From contig NZ_JAZBJZ010000053.1 of assembly GCF_036349135.1 (NCBI RefSeq), forward strand, positions 1-24,000: a DNA stretch of 24,000 bases. Reading direction: 5' to 3'. Below, one piece after another: positions 15,452 to 23,243 of the stretch. Numbering within the stretch: position 1 is the stretch's first letter; each line of letters starts with the position of its first letter. A program made the position numbers and the translations under genes. This DNA is from Tumidithrix elongata BACA0141. GTDB lineage: Bacteria; Cyanobacteriota; Cyanobacteriia; Pseudanabaenales; Pseudanabaenaceae. Under the pieces are notes generated by a model. It was not told the origin of the DNA, made no database searches, and saw only the letters and a program-made list of their open reading frames with translations.

Positions 15452-16969
15452 TTAAAGCGTTGCACCTTTTGTTTTGTCATTTGCCGAGCGATCGCTCTCG
15501 TCGGCTGCATCATTTTCGACAGCTTCGGATGGAACTGTGATTTCGGCTTGGGCGGAACTAACACCATAATTATTGGGCTTACCGATCGCTCTCACGCCAT
15601 AAAAACTCGGCTTCCGCAGATTCGGATAGGTAATCACGGTTAGTAGAAGCGATCGGCTACAGGTTACTGCTGTAAATAAACTCACCGCTACGCCTAACCC
15701 TAACGTCACAGCAAATCCCTTAACTAGACCAGAGCCGAGCCAAAACAGGGCTACACAAGAGATAATCGTGGTGACGTGACCATCCAAAATACTTGCCCAA
15801 GCGCGATTAAATCCAGCCTCTACGGATTTGTATAAGCTCCGCCCCGATCGCAGCTCTTCCCGAATCCGCTCGAAAATTAAGACGTTGGCATCGACAGCAA
15901 TCCCAATACTGAGAATGAAGCCAGCAATACCAGGTAAAGTGAGGACTACGCCTAAAACACTAAATGCAGCGTAGGTAATCACGGCATAGACCAACAGAGC
16001 CACATCTGCCACAACCCCTAGCAATTTGTAGTAGGCAACCATAAACACCAGCACCAAAACTAGTCCAGCAACACCCGCATAGATACTGCTTTGGACGCTG
16101 TCTGCACCTAATGTGGCGCCAACCGTGCGGTTCTCCACGAGTTTCACAGGTACGGGTAAAGCTCCCGCTCGTAGTTGAAGCGCCAGTTCAGTCGCTCCTT
16201 CTAGATTTTTACTTCCAGTAATCACAGCATGGTTGCCTGTGATACCTTTACCTTGAAATTCAACGCCCACGCTAGGGTAGCTAATCAGTTCGTCATCTAA
16301 AAAGATTCCCAAGCTTCTACCTGTGCCACCCAATTCACCCGTTGTCTTGGCAAACAAATCGCCGCCTTTATCATCGAAAGTGAGGGCAACGTCCCAAGCA
16401 CCTTGAGATTGACCTGTGACTGCGCCAGCATCCTTCAGATATTGTCCCGTCAAGCCTGTGCGATCGAATAGACCTCTAATGGCTTCTTTATTCCGCTTAA
16501 TCGCCGCTTCATTCTCAGCGATCTCAGCTTGATCGGCGCTAGCTTTGAGATATTGTTGCTTGATCTGCAAATCTTTTTGGACTGTCAGCTCTGCCCGAAA
16601 CTGTCCTTCAGTACCTTGTCGTTGCTTGCGAAAATCTAATTGGGCGGTTTTGCCGAGCACCCGTTCTGCTTGAGCTGGATTGTCAACGCCCGGTAGCTGC
16701 ACAGACAACTGGGTTTCACCACTGACTACAATGGTGGCCTCGGCGACACCTAAACCATTAATGCGCTGCTCCACCACGTATTTAGCGGCTTCCATGATCC
16801 GTGGTGTAATTTTAGGAATTCCCTCCTCTGGCTTTGGCTCTGCTTGGAGCGTGAGTTGAGCACCTCCACGCAGATCGAGCCCTAACTTAGGGGGATGCGA
16901 ACCGATCCAATAGATTGCGCCGATCACGAGCGCCAAAACTAGGGCAAGCAGGCGACTTTGTTTACCCAT
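15452..16969 (-). CDS. secD: Protein translocase subunit SecD
   Basis: GLDLRGGAQLTLQ motif, a periplasmic domain, then the conserved TM block GIAGFILSIGIAVDANVLIFERIREELRSG. Confidence 0.93.
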   Translation of the reverse strand: MGKQSRLLALVLALVIGAIYWIGSHPPKLGLDLRGGAQLTLQAEPKPEEGIPKITPRIMEAAKYVVEQRINGLGVAEATIVVSGETQLSVQLPGVDNPAQAERVLGKTAQLDFRKQRQGTEGQFRAELTVQKDLQIKQQYLKASADQAEIAENEAAIKRNKEAIRGLFDRTGLTGQYLKDAGAVTGQSQGAWDVALTFDDKGGDLFAKTTGELGGTGRSLGIFLDDELISYPSVGVEFQGKGITGNHAVITGSKNLEGATELALQLRAGALPVPVKLVENRTVGATLGADSVQSSIYAGVAGLVLVLVFMVAYYKLLGVVADVALLVYAVITYAAFSVLGVVLTLPGIAGFILSIGIAVDANVLIFERIREELRSGRSLYKSVEAGFNRAWASILDGHVTTIISCVALFWLGSGLVKGFAVTLGLGVAVSLFTAVTCSRSLLLTVITYPNLRKPSFYGVRAIGKPNNYGVSSAQAEITVPSEAVENDAADESDRSANDKTKGATL

Positions 16970-17099
16970 ATGCGGTTAAACCAAACTGTTAGCTATAGAC
17001 ATTTTTCAGACATCTGCCATCATAGCTTACTCAGCTCTAGCATTATTAAGTCGGAGCGATTATTCCCAAAGCTTTGCTTGTCGCCGACCATGAAAAAGT

Positions 17100-17130
17100 G
17101 ATTAATTTTTCAAGATTAATTTTTCGATTC
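17100..17130. repeat. Tandem direct repeat GATTAATTTTTC x2 (spaced by AA) plus a partial third copy GATTC
   Basis: Perfect copies lie at 17100-17111 and 17114-17125, followed by GATTC at 17126-17130. The repeat is in the divergent secD / thrC promoter region. Confidence 0.85.
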
Positions 17131-17198
17131 TGAGAATGTAATGGGTTGGCGTTAAACTAGCATTAGCAATTCATTAACTGTTTTATCTAAACATCAGC

Positions 17199-18329
17199 GT
17201 GATTTCTATTCGTCCCGACCTTCATCCTGCTCCTAGCTCTCTCCCACATGGCGCTCCCCATCATGGCTGGCCTGGTTTGATCCACCGTTACGCCGACTAT
17301 TTGCCCGTAACCGAAAAAACCCCAGTTGTGACCTTGCATGAGGGCAATACGCCTCTGATCCCAGCGATCGCGCTGAGTGCAAAGATTAGTTCCCAAACGG
17401 GTCGTCAAGTTAAGGTGCTGCTAAAGTTTGATGGGCTTAACCCCACAGGCAGCTTTAAGGATCGGGGCATGACGATGGCGATTTCTAAGGCCAAAGAAGC
17501 GGGTGCTAAAGCCGTAATTTGTGCCAGCACGGGAAATACCTCAGCGGCGGCAGCAGCCTATGCCAAACGCGGCGGACTCAAGGCATTTGTACTGATTCCC
17601 GATGGCAAAATCGCGCTAGGAAAACTCAGCCAAGCTTTAATCTATGGTGCAGAAGTGATTGCTGTGGAAGGTAATTTCGATCAAGCGCTCACGATCGTTC
17701 GACAAATGGCGGATCACTACCCGATTACCTTGGTTAACTCGCTCAACCCTTACCGTCTAGAAGGACAGAAAACAGCGGCGTTTGAGGTTGTAGAGGTTTT
17801 AGGCGATGCCCCCGACTGGTTGTGCATCCCCATGGGAAATGCGGGTAATATTTCTGCTTACTGGATGGGGTTCAACCAGTATCACGCGATCGGCAAGGCC
17901 AAAAAACTGCCCCGTATGATGGGATTTCAGTCTTCAGGAGCTGCACCTCTGGTGACGGGTGAAGTGTTCGAGCATCCTGAAACGATCGCTTCGGCAATCA
18001 GAATTGGTAACCCTGCCAACTGGGACAAAGCCAATGCTGTGCGCACTGAGAGTGGTGGGGAATTTCACAGCATTACCGATACTGAAATTCTTGAAGCCTA
18101 TACATTTCTCGCTGCCGAAGAAGGTGTTTTCTGCGAACCTGCCAGTGCTGCCTCTGTGGCAGGGTTGCTAAAAGTAAGCGACCAAATCCCCAACGGCGCT
18201 ACGGTTGTGTGCGTGCTGACGGGCAATGGGTTAAAAGATCCTGACAATGCGATCGCCAATGCCAGTGCCAAATTTCATCAAGGCGTAGCACCCGAACTTG
18301 CCAGCGTTGCCAAAGTAATGGGCTTTTAG
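17199..18329 (+). CDS. thrC: Threonine synthase
   Basis: PLP-lysine motif [11 protein letters not shown], plus [13 protein letters not shown] and TGNGLKDPD. The start is GTG, and no in-frame ATG precedes the conserved WPGLI..Y..YLPV block. Confidence 0.92.
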   Translation: MISIRPDLHPAPSSLPHGAPHHGWPGLIHRYADYLPVTEKTPVVTLHEGNTPLIPAIALSAKISSQTGRQVKVLLKFDGLNPTGSFKDRGMTMAISKAKEAGAKAVICASTGNTSAAAAAYAKRGGLKAFVLIPDGKIALGKLSQALIYGAEVIAVEGNFDQALTIVRQMADHYPITLVNSLNPYRLEGQKTAAFEVVEVLGDAPDWLCIPMGNAGNISAYWMGFNQYHAIGKAKKLPRMMGFQSSGAAPLVTGEVFEHPETIASAIRIGNPANWDKANAVRTESGGEFHSITDTEILEAYTFLAAEEGVFCEPASAASVAGLLKVSDQIPNGATVVCVLTGNGLKDPDNAIANASAKFHQGVAPELASVAKVMGF

Positions 18330-18341
18330 GATTTAAACCCC

Positions 18342-19049
18342 TTAGGCTTCAAGGAAAGGAACCTGTCCTAAACCTTGTCGTACAATCCTTGGTCGATCTT
18401 CAGTCAAGTCTACGATCGTCGAAACTTGATAGCTAGGTTCTGAGCCATCATCGATGATGATATCGACCAACTTGTCAAAGCGATCGAATAGCTCGGCTTG
18501 GGGCAATTCGCAAGCATTTTTAGATTTATTCGATTTATTCGATTTAAATTTACCGAAACTTGGAATGTCCTCTGAGTCTTCAAAATCTTCTTCGCTGCTA
18601 TCTTCGCTCAAATTTGCTGATGTAGAAATGATCGGGTTGGCGATCGCTTCAATCAGTAACTGAGACACCAGATGATCGGGGACGCGAATGCCTGTAGTTT
18701 TGCGTTTGGGATCCATGACGAGGCGTGGTACTAACTTGGTGGCTGGCAAAATAAATGTATAGGCTCCGGGTACTAAACTTTTCATGATGCGGTACGAAGC
18801 ATCACTGACCAGAGCATATTGAGCGATATTCGATAGGGAAGAGCACAAAAACGTTAATGGCTTGTTGTTTGAGAGTTGCTTAATCTGTCGCACCCTTTGC
18901 ACGGCAGACTTAGAGGTCATGTCGCAACCGATCGCATAAACCGTATCTGTGGGGTAAAGCATCACAGCCCCCTGCTGTAGCGCAGACTTGATTTGCTCGA
19001 TCGTGCGCGATTGAGGCGAACTCGGATGTAATTTGTAAATCGTAGCCAT
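18342..19049 (-). CDS. tsaC: YrdC/TsaC-family L-threonylcarbamoyladenylate synthase, with an internal charged insertion
   Basis: YPTDTVYAIGCD, KPLTFLC, PGAYTFILP, GIRVPDH and ISTSANLS motifs, then STIVDL near the C-terminus. Confidence 0.8.
   Translation of the reverse strand: MATIYKLHPSSPQSRTIEQIKSALQQGAVMLYPTDTVYAIGCDMTSKSAVQRVRQIKQLSNNKPLTFLCSSLSNIAQYALVSDASYRIMKSLVPGAYTFILPATKLVPRLVMDPKRKTTGIRVPDHLVSQLLIEAIANPIISTSANLSEDSSEEDFEDSEDIPSFGKFKSNKSNKSKNACELPQAELFDRFDKLVDIIIDDGSEPSYQVSTIVDLTEDRPRIVRQGLGQVPFLEA
18523..18547 (-). repeat. In-frame 9-nt tandem repeat inside tsaC (encodes KSNKSNKSK)
   Basis: On the + strand GATTTATTC occurs twice and is followed by GATTTAA. The 9-nt period preserves the reading frame. 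Confidence 0.85.
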
Positions 19050-19122
19050 ATAAAAAAATCTTAAAACTCTAGGCTACAGAAGATCGCGATCGTTACGCAA
19101 ATTTGGTTGCGGATTCAATAAC

Positions 19123-19167
19123 ATGATTTCGGAGCAATGATTTTGGCATAATGATTTCGGCACAATG
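19123..19167. repeat. 14-nt tandem repeat, about 3.2 copies (ATGATTTCGGAGCA / ATGATTTTGGCATA / ATGATTTCGGCACA / ATG)
   Basis: Copies start at 19123, 19137 and 19151, each preserving ATGATTT.GG.A.A. The array lies 74-118 nt upstream of the tsaC start on the opposite strand. Confidence 0.85.
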
Positions 19168-19204
19168 CAAGTCAACTTGTTGTAATCAAAGGGTTCGATC
19201 CCCC

Positions 19205-19238
19205 TGCCCTATCGGGCATCCCCCTTACAAAAGGGGGA
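19205..19238 (-). terminator. Pair of GC-rich hairpins just downstream of rpiA (possible terminator region)
   Basis: TCCCCCTT/acaa/AAGGGGGA (19219-19238) forms an 8-bp stem. TGCCC/tatc/GGGCA (19205-19218) forms a 5-bp stem. No U-run follows immediately; the nearest, TTTGATT on the minus strand, comes after a third weak GGG/CCC hairpin. Confidence 0.4.
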
Positions 19239-19253
19239 CAAGACAAATTCTCC

Positions 19254-19964
19254 TTAGAATTCCCGAATGATGGGATTGCCGTCTTTAAACTCGCCTACCA
19301 AAATCAAATCGGCGACACCCACAAATAAGCCATTTTCTAGCACCCCAGGGATGTTGTTCAGCGTTTTTTCTAGCTCAGCAGCATCAGGAATGTTGTCAAA
19401 GGTGACATCCAAAACCATATTGCCCTGATCGGTAATTACGGGGCCGTCTTTTTTAATCCCCATCCGCAATTCGGGCTTACCACCCAGCTTTTCTACGGCT
19501 CTGGTGACAGGAGCGATCGCCATCGGTAGTACTTCTACAGGAACGGCAAAGGTAGAGCCGAGCTTGTCCACCAACTTGGATTCATCAACCACGACAATAA
19601 ACAATCCTGCTAGAGAATCGATCACTTTTTCGCGGGTATGGGCAGCACCACCACCTTTGATCAAGGTTTTTGCAGGGTCAACTTCATCTGCGCCATCGAT
19701 CGCGATATCAATGCGATCGACATCATCTAACGTTCTCAGGGGGATGCCATATTTTTTCCCTAATACCGAGGCTTGAAACGATGTGGGGATGCCGACAATA
19801 TCCTTTAACTCGCCCCCAGCCAGCCTTGCTCCTAACTCAGCGATCGCAAAGGCTGTGGTTGAGCCAGTACCAAGTCCAACGACCATTCCAGACTTGACTC
19901 GTCGTGCCGCCGCAATGCCGACCTCTTGTTTTAGTTGCTTAATTGCCTCAGGGGAGATTGTCAT
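19254..19964 (-). CDS. rpiA: Ribose-5-phosphate isomerase A
   Basis: [20 protein letters not shown] and [11 protein letters not shown] motifs in a 236-aa ORF. Confidence 0.93.
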   Translation of the reverse strand: MTISPEAIKQLKQEVGIAAARRVKSGMVVGLGTGSTTAFAIAELGARLAGGELKDIVGIPTSFQASVLGKKYGIPLRTLDDVDRIDIAIDGADEVDPAKTLIKGGGAAHTREKVIDSLAGLFIVVVDESKLVDKLGSTFAVPVEVLPMAIAPVTRAVEKLGGKPELRMGIKKDGPVITDQGNMVLDVTFDNIPDAAELEKTLNNIPGVLENGLFVGVADLILVGEFKDGNPIIREF

Positions 19965-20116
19965 ACGTTATCCTAAACACAGCATTCTCGATCCTAGAGC
20001 GATCGTTGACCAATGTCTATGATTGAATGTTCGGATTATCCAGAGTATCGGAGTAGAGCCCCAGTGCCTGCCCCTACCTAAATTCAGGCTGAATACCCAA
20101 ATTTATATCAAAATTA

Positions 20117-21031
20117 ATGCCAACTTTAAACGATCGCATTCGTCAGTTTTATGATCAGTCCTCTCTGCTTTGGGAACAGGTGTGGGGAGAGCACATGCAC
20201 CACGGCTACTACCAAGCGGGCGAAACTAGTCGCAATAAAGATCGTCGGCTGGCTCAGATCGATCTGATTGAAGAATTATTAACTTGGGCAAATCTGGGAG
20301 AGGATTTCAGCAATTCAGCGCGGCAGGATGCATCCCGATCGCGAAGCGTTTCCGAAGGAAATAGGGAATCGCCGATTCAGGTCTTAGATGTGGGCTGCGG
20401 CATTGGTGGTAGTTCGCTCTATCTCGCCAATAAGCTGAATGCCAAGGTAACAGGAATTACGCTCAGCCCCGTGCAAGCCCAGAGAGCCACCCAAAGAGCA
20501 AAGGAATTTGGACTTAGCGATCGCACCCAGTTTCAAGTGGCGGATGCGTTGGCGATGCCCTTTGGCGATCGGCAATTCGATCTGATCTGGTCGCTAGAAA
20601 GTGGCGAGCATATGGCAGATAAAACCAAGTTTTTACAAGAATGTTATCGGGTGCTTAAACCCAACGGCAGACTAATTTTTGCTACTTGGTGTCATCGTCC
20701 CGCCGATCGGGATAAACCTTTATCCGTTGACGAGAAGGCACACCTACAGCGCATCTACGATGTTTACTGCCTGCCCTACGTGATTTCCTTGCCTGAGTAC
20801 GAAGCGATCGCCCAGAGCCTCAACTTTCAAAACATCCAAACCGCAGACTGGTCAAAGGAGGTAGCCCCTTTTTGGGATGTTGTAATTGATTCTGCACTTA
20901 CACCTGCGTCAATTTTAGGGGTTTTGCAGTCTGGACTATCCACAGTCAATGCTGCCCTCTCCTTACGCCTGATGTCACGCGGCTACGCCAGAGGCTTAGT
21001 AAAATTTGGTTTGTTGACCGCTTCAAAATAG
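20117..21031 (+). CDS. Gamma-tocopherol methyltransferase-like SAM-dependent methyltransferase
   Basis: The protein matches, block for block, the Synechocystis slr0089 gamma-TMT sequence as recalled from memory: FYD.SS.LWE..WGEHMHHGYY, LD.GCGIGGSSLYLA, WSLESGEHM, RVLKP.GRLI.ATWCHR, IYDVYCLPYV.SLP.YEAIA, ADWS..VAPFWD, FGLLT. Confidence 0.75.
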   Translation: MPTLNDRIRQFYDQSSLLWEQVWGEHMHHGYYQAGETSRNKDRRLAQIDLIEELLTWANLGEDFSNSARQDASRSRSVSEGNRESPIQVLDVGCGIGGSSLYLANKLNAKVTGITLSPVQAQRATQRAKEFGLSDRTQFQVADALAMPFGDRQFDLIWSLESGEHMADKTKFLQECYRVLKPNGRLIFATWCHRPADRDKPLSVDEKAHLQRIYDVYCLPYVISLPEYEAIAQSLNFQNIQTADWSKEVAPFWDVVIDSALTPASILGVLQSGLSTVNAALSLRLMSRGYARGLVKFGLLTASK

Positions 21032-21081
21032 CATTCAGCTTTCAGCATTCAGCTTTCAGGAAATCGCTAACAGCTAACAGC
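21031..21081. repeat. Two adjacent short tandem repeats: GCATTCAGCTTTCA x2, then GCTAACA x2
   Basis: Perfect 14-mers lie at 21031-21044 and 21045-21058, and each is itself two related heptamers (CATTCAG/CTTTCAG). GCTAACA occurs at 21066-21072 and 21073-21079. The repeats sit in the convergent spacer and overlap the last base of the methyltransferase stop codon. Confidence 0.85.
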
Positions 21082-21096
21082 CCTTTTAACAAATAA

Positions 21097-21867
21097 CTAA
21101 ACGATTGCCGTTCCTACTTCAGGGGGTATGTCCTGCCATCTGCCATTGCTGACAGCCTTCAGAGCTTCTTCTAGGCGAATATCGCCCGTGTAAATGGCTT
21201 TACCTACAATGGCTGCGGATACGCCTAAGGGTTCTAAAGACAAAAGGCTGAGTAAATCAGCGATCGAACTAATTCCACCCGAAGCAATCACGGGGACGTT
21301 CACGCTCTCTGCTAAATGTTTGAGGGCATCTAGGTTAGGCCCCTGCATCGTGCCATCGCGATGGATGTCTGTATAAATAATTCCTGCTACGCCCACATCA
21401 GTCATTCGCTTCGCCAGATCGGCAGCAATCACCTCCGAAGTAGTCAGCCAGCCTCGGGTGGCGACACGTCCTTCACGGGCATCAATGCCCACTAAAATTT
21501 GTCCGGGAAATTCAGCACAAATATCGGCAACCAACTGCGGCTGTTCTACGGCGATCGTGCCTAAAATTACGCGGCTCACCCCTGCGCCAAGCACTGCCAT
21601 GATCTGATTGCGATCGCGAAGCCCTCCGCCAACTTGGACGTGAATGGGAATAGAACGTGCGATCGCTTCAATCACCTTGAGATTTTTAGGTTCTCCCTCT
21701 TTTGCCCCGTTTAAATCAACAACATGAAGATACTTGGCTCCCTTGCTATACCAGTTCTGTGCCATTTCTACTGGGTCTTCACCAAATACCTCTGAGCGAG
21801 CATAATCCCCTTGGTATAGCCTCACGCAGCGTCCATCTAAAATATCAATCGCCGGAATTACATCCAT
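21097..21867 (-). CDS. hisA: ProFAR isomerase HisA
   Basis: [39 protein letters not shown] and ASGGISS motifs in a 256-aa ORF. Confidence 0.92.
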   Translation of the reverse strand: MDVIPAIDILDGRCVRLYQGDYARSEVFGEDPVEMAQNWYSKGAKYLHVVDLNGAKEGEPKNLKVIEAIARSIPIHVQVGGGLRDRNQIMAVLGAGVSRVILGTIAVEQPQLVADICAEFPGQILVGIDAREGRVATRGWLTTSEVIAADLAKRMTDVGVAGIIYTDIHRDGTMQGPNLDALKHLAESVNVPVIASGGISSIADLLSLLSLEPLGVSAAIVGKAIYTGDIRLEEALKAVSNGRWQDIPPEVGTAIV

Positions 21868-22094
21868 GTTGTCTACCTCGTTTCCAGATGCCTATTCTAG
21901 CTAGATAAGGGCGATCGTGGTGTAAATGTAGTTGAAACTCTAAATACTGGAATACCTCTTGAGAAATCTGTGAAGTATCAGTCGGCTCGTGATTATGAGG
22001 AGGTTAATATCATTTATGCTTAATTTATCTATGTTTTTCCATTTATATATTTTTATCAATTTCCATAAATTTGACGGTCAAATCTAATAAAAAA

Positions 22095-23213
22095 ATGATT
22101 TCTATGACTACTTCTTCGGACGAACCTTTTGCAAAACAAAATTTAGCTTTAGATATAGATTCACCCACCAATTCCTTAGCCCAAATCTGGGCGAAAAAGT
22201 ACGTTCAAGACTTGTTAGTCGATCCTGCGACAGAAGAGGTTCCATCGGACACCTCAAACCTAGAGGTGGTTCTTTCTAGCCAAGGTAGAGCCGCAACGGT
22301 TGAAAAATTGCAACAGGCGCTACGTTTTACCAGTGCCCAAGCTTGGGCAAAAACCGAAGAACTTTTGGCGCAGCAAGTACAAAGGCATCGGATTAATCCA
22401 GAACTGATCGATCCTTGGCAAATTGCGGTAGATTCTCGGTTCCTGTTTGAAAAGGCGCTAGGTGTTTATACAGAGCAAGCTCCTACCCGTGCCGTTTCAC
22501 TCATGCTAGGCACTGTACATACATCTACTTCCCTAGAGAGCGCGACAGAATTGCCTGCCCCCAGCCGTCTTTCTGTCGCGATCGCGCAAGATGTTGGCAA
22601 GATTCGGCATAAGTACACCTCTGTCGATCCGAGAATTATTGGCTTTGTGAGTATGCAGTTTCACTATAGCGGTCAGTTACTTTTAGATTTGCTTTCTCCT
22701 GTGGAGCGAGCCGTTGTTGCCTCTTACTTTAAGGTGATTGACGATCATCTTTACATGCCTTTACAACGTTCCTATGAGGCTGCTGCTAACCAATCGGACT
22801 TTAATTCGGCCGCACTATTAGCTGTGCGGCAGTTATTGCCCATTAGTAGTGAAATCGCCAAAGCGGTGTGTGATAAAGTGGCTGCCATGTATCCAACCTA
22901 TCGCTGCTATAGTGGCGAACTAAGCTCCGCCGCCATTAAAATCTCTAGCCTCAGAGACACAGAAATGTTTCAGGTTTACCTTTGCCTCTGTGTGCTCGAA
23001 GGAAACTATGCCTCCTTGCAACAAGAGTTATTCCCTCTCTGTGTGATGCTATATCCCCCTTTGCAGGTTAGCTGGGAGTTAATCCGAAATATGTTGCGTT
23101 TGGTGGGACAAGAAATTAGCGATCGCCTTTCCGAAGAGCATATTAAAGAATTTAGACCCTATATTCGAGCTTTGTGGGAAATGTTTTCAAACGATGTGGT
23201 ATCTCAAGCTTGA
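22095..23213 (+). CDS. Hypothetical protein; the C-terminal half resembles a phycobiliprotein-type globin-like domain
   Basis: The ORF is open from TTG 22071, and the first ATGs are at 22095 and 22104. The C-terminal segment EIAKAVCDKVAAMYPTY...KISSLRDTEMFQVYLCLCVLEGNYASLQQEL aligns by eye with the phycocyanin helix B/E region. The domain call is tentative; the coding call is firmer. Confidence 0.6.
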   Translation: MISMTTSSDEPFAKQNLALDIDSPTNSLAQIWAKKYVQDLLVDPATEEVPSDTSNLEVVLSSQGRAATVEKLQQALRFTSAQAWAKTEELLAQQVQRHRINPELIDPWQIAVDSRFLFEKALGVYTEQAPTRAVSLMLGTVHTSTSLESATELPAPSRLSVAIAQDVGKIRHKYTSVDPRIIGFVSMQFHYSGQLLLDLLSPVERAVVASYFKVIDDHLYMPLQRSYEAAANQSDFNSAALLAVRQLLPISSEIAKAVCDKVAAMYPTYRCYSGELSSAAIKISSLRDTEMFQVYLCLCVLEGNYASLQQELFPLCVMLYPPLQVSWELIRNMLRLVGQEISDRLSEEHIKEFRPYIRALWEMFSNDVVSQA

Positions 23214-23243
23214 TAATAGCGATCGATCTAAAAGTAGTTAAAC

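Noticed and set aside
19188-19218. tRNA-like T-arm sequence GGGTTCGATCCCC followed by GCCCTATCGGGCA
   Set aside because: The T-stem would have only 3 bp, no complementary 5' acceptor strand exists about 70 nt upstream, and no D-arm or anticodon arm can be drawn. It is better explained as part of the hairpin cluster downstream of rpiA. A decayed tRNA 3' fragment cannot be formally excluded without a covariance-model scan.
17100-21081. Whether the short tandem repeats at 17100, 19123 and 21031 could be CRISPR-like arrays
   Set aside because: The units are 12-14 nt and directly abutting with no unique spacers, and each has at most about 3 copies. No cas genes are present.
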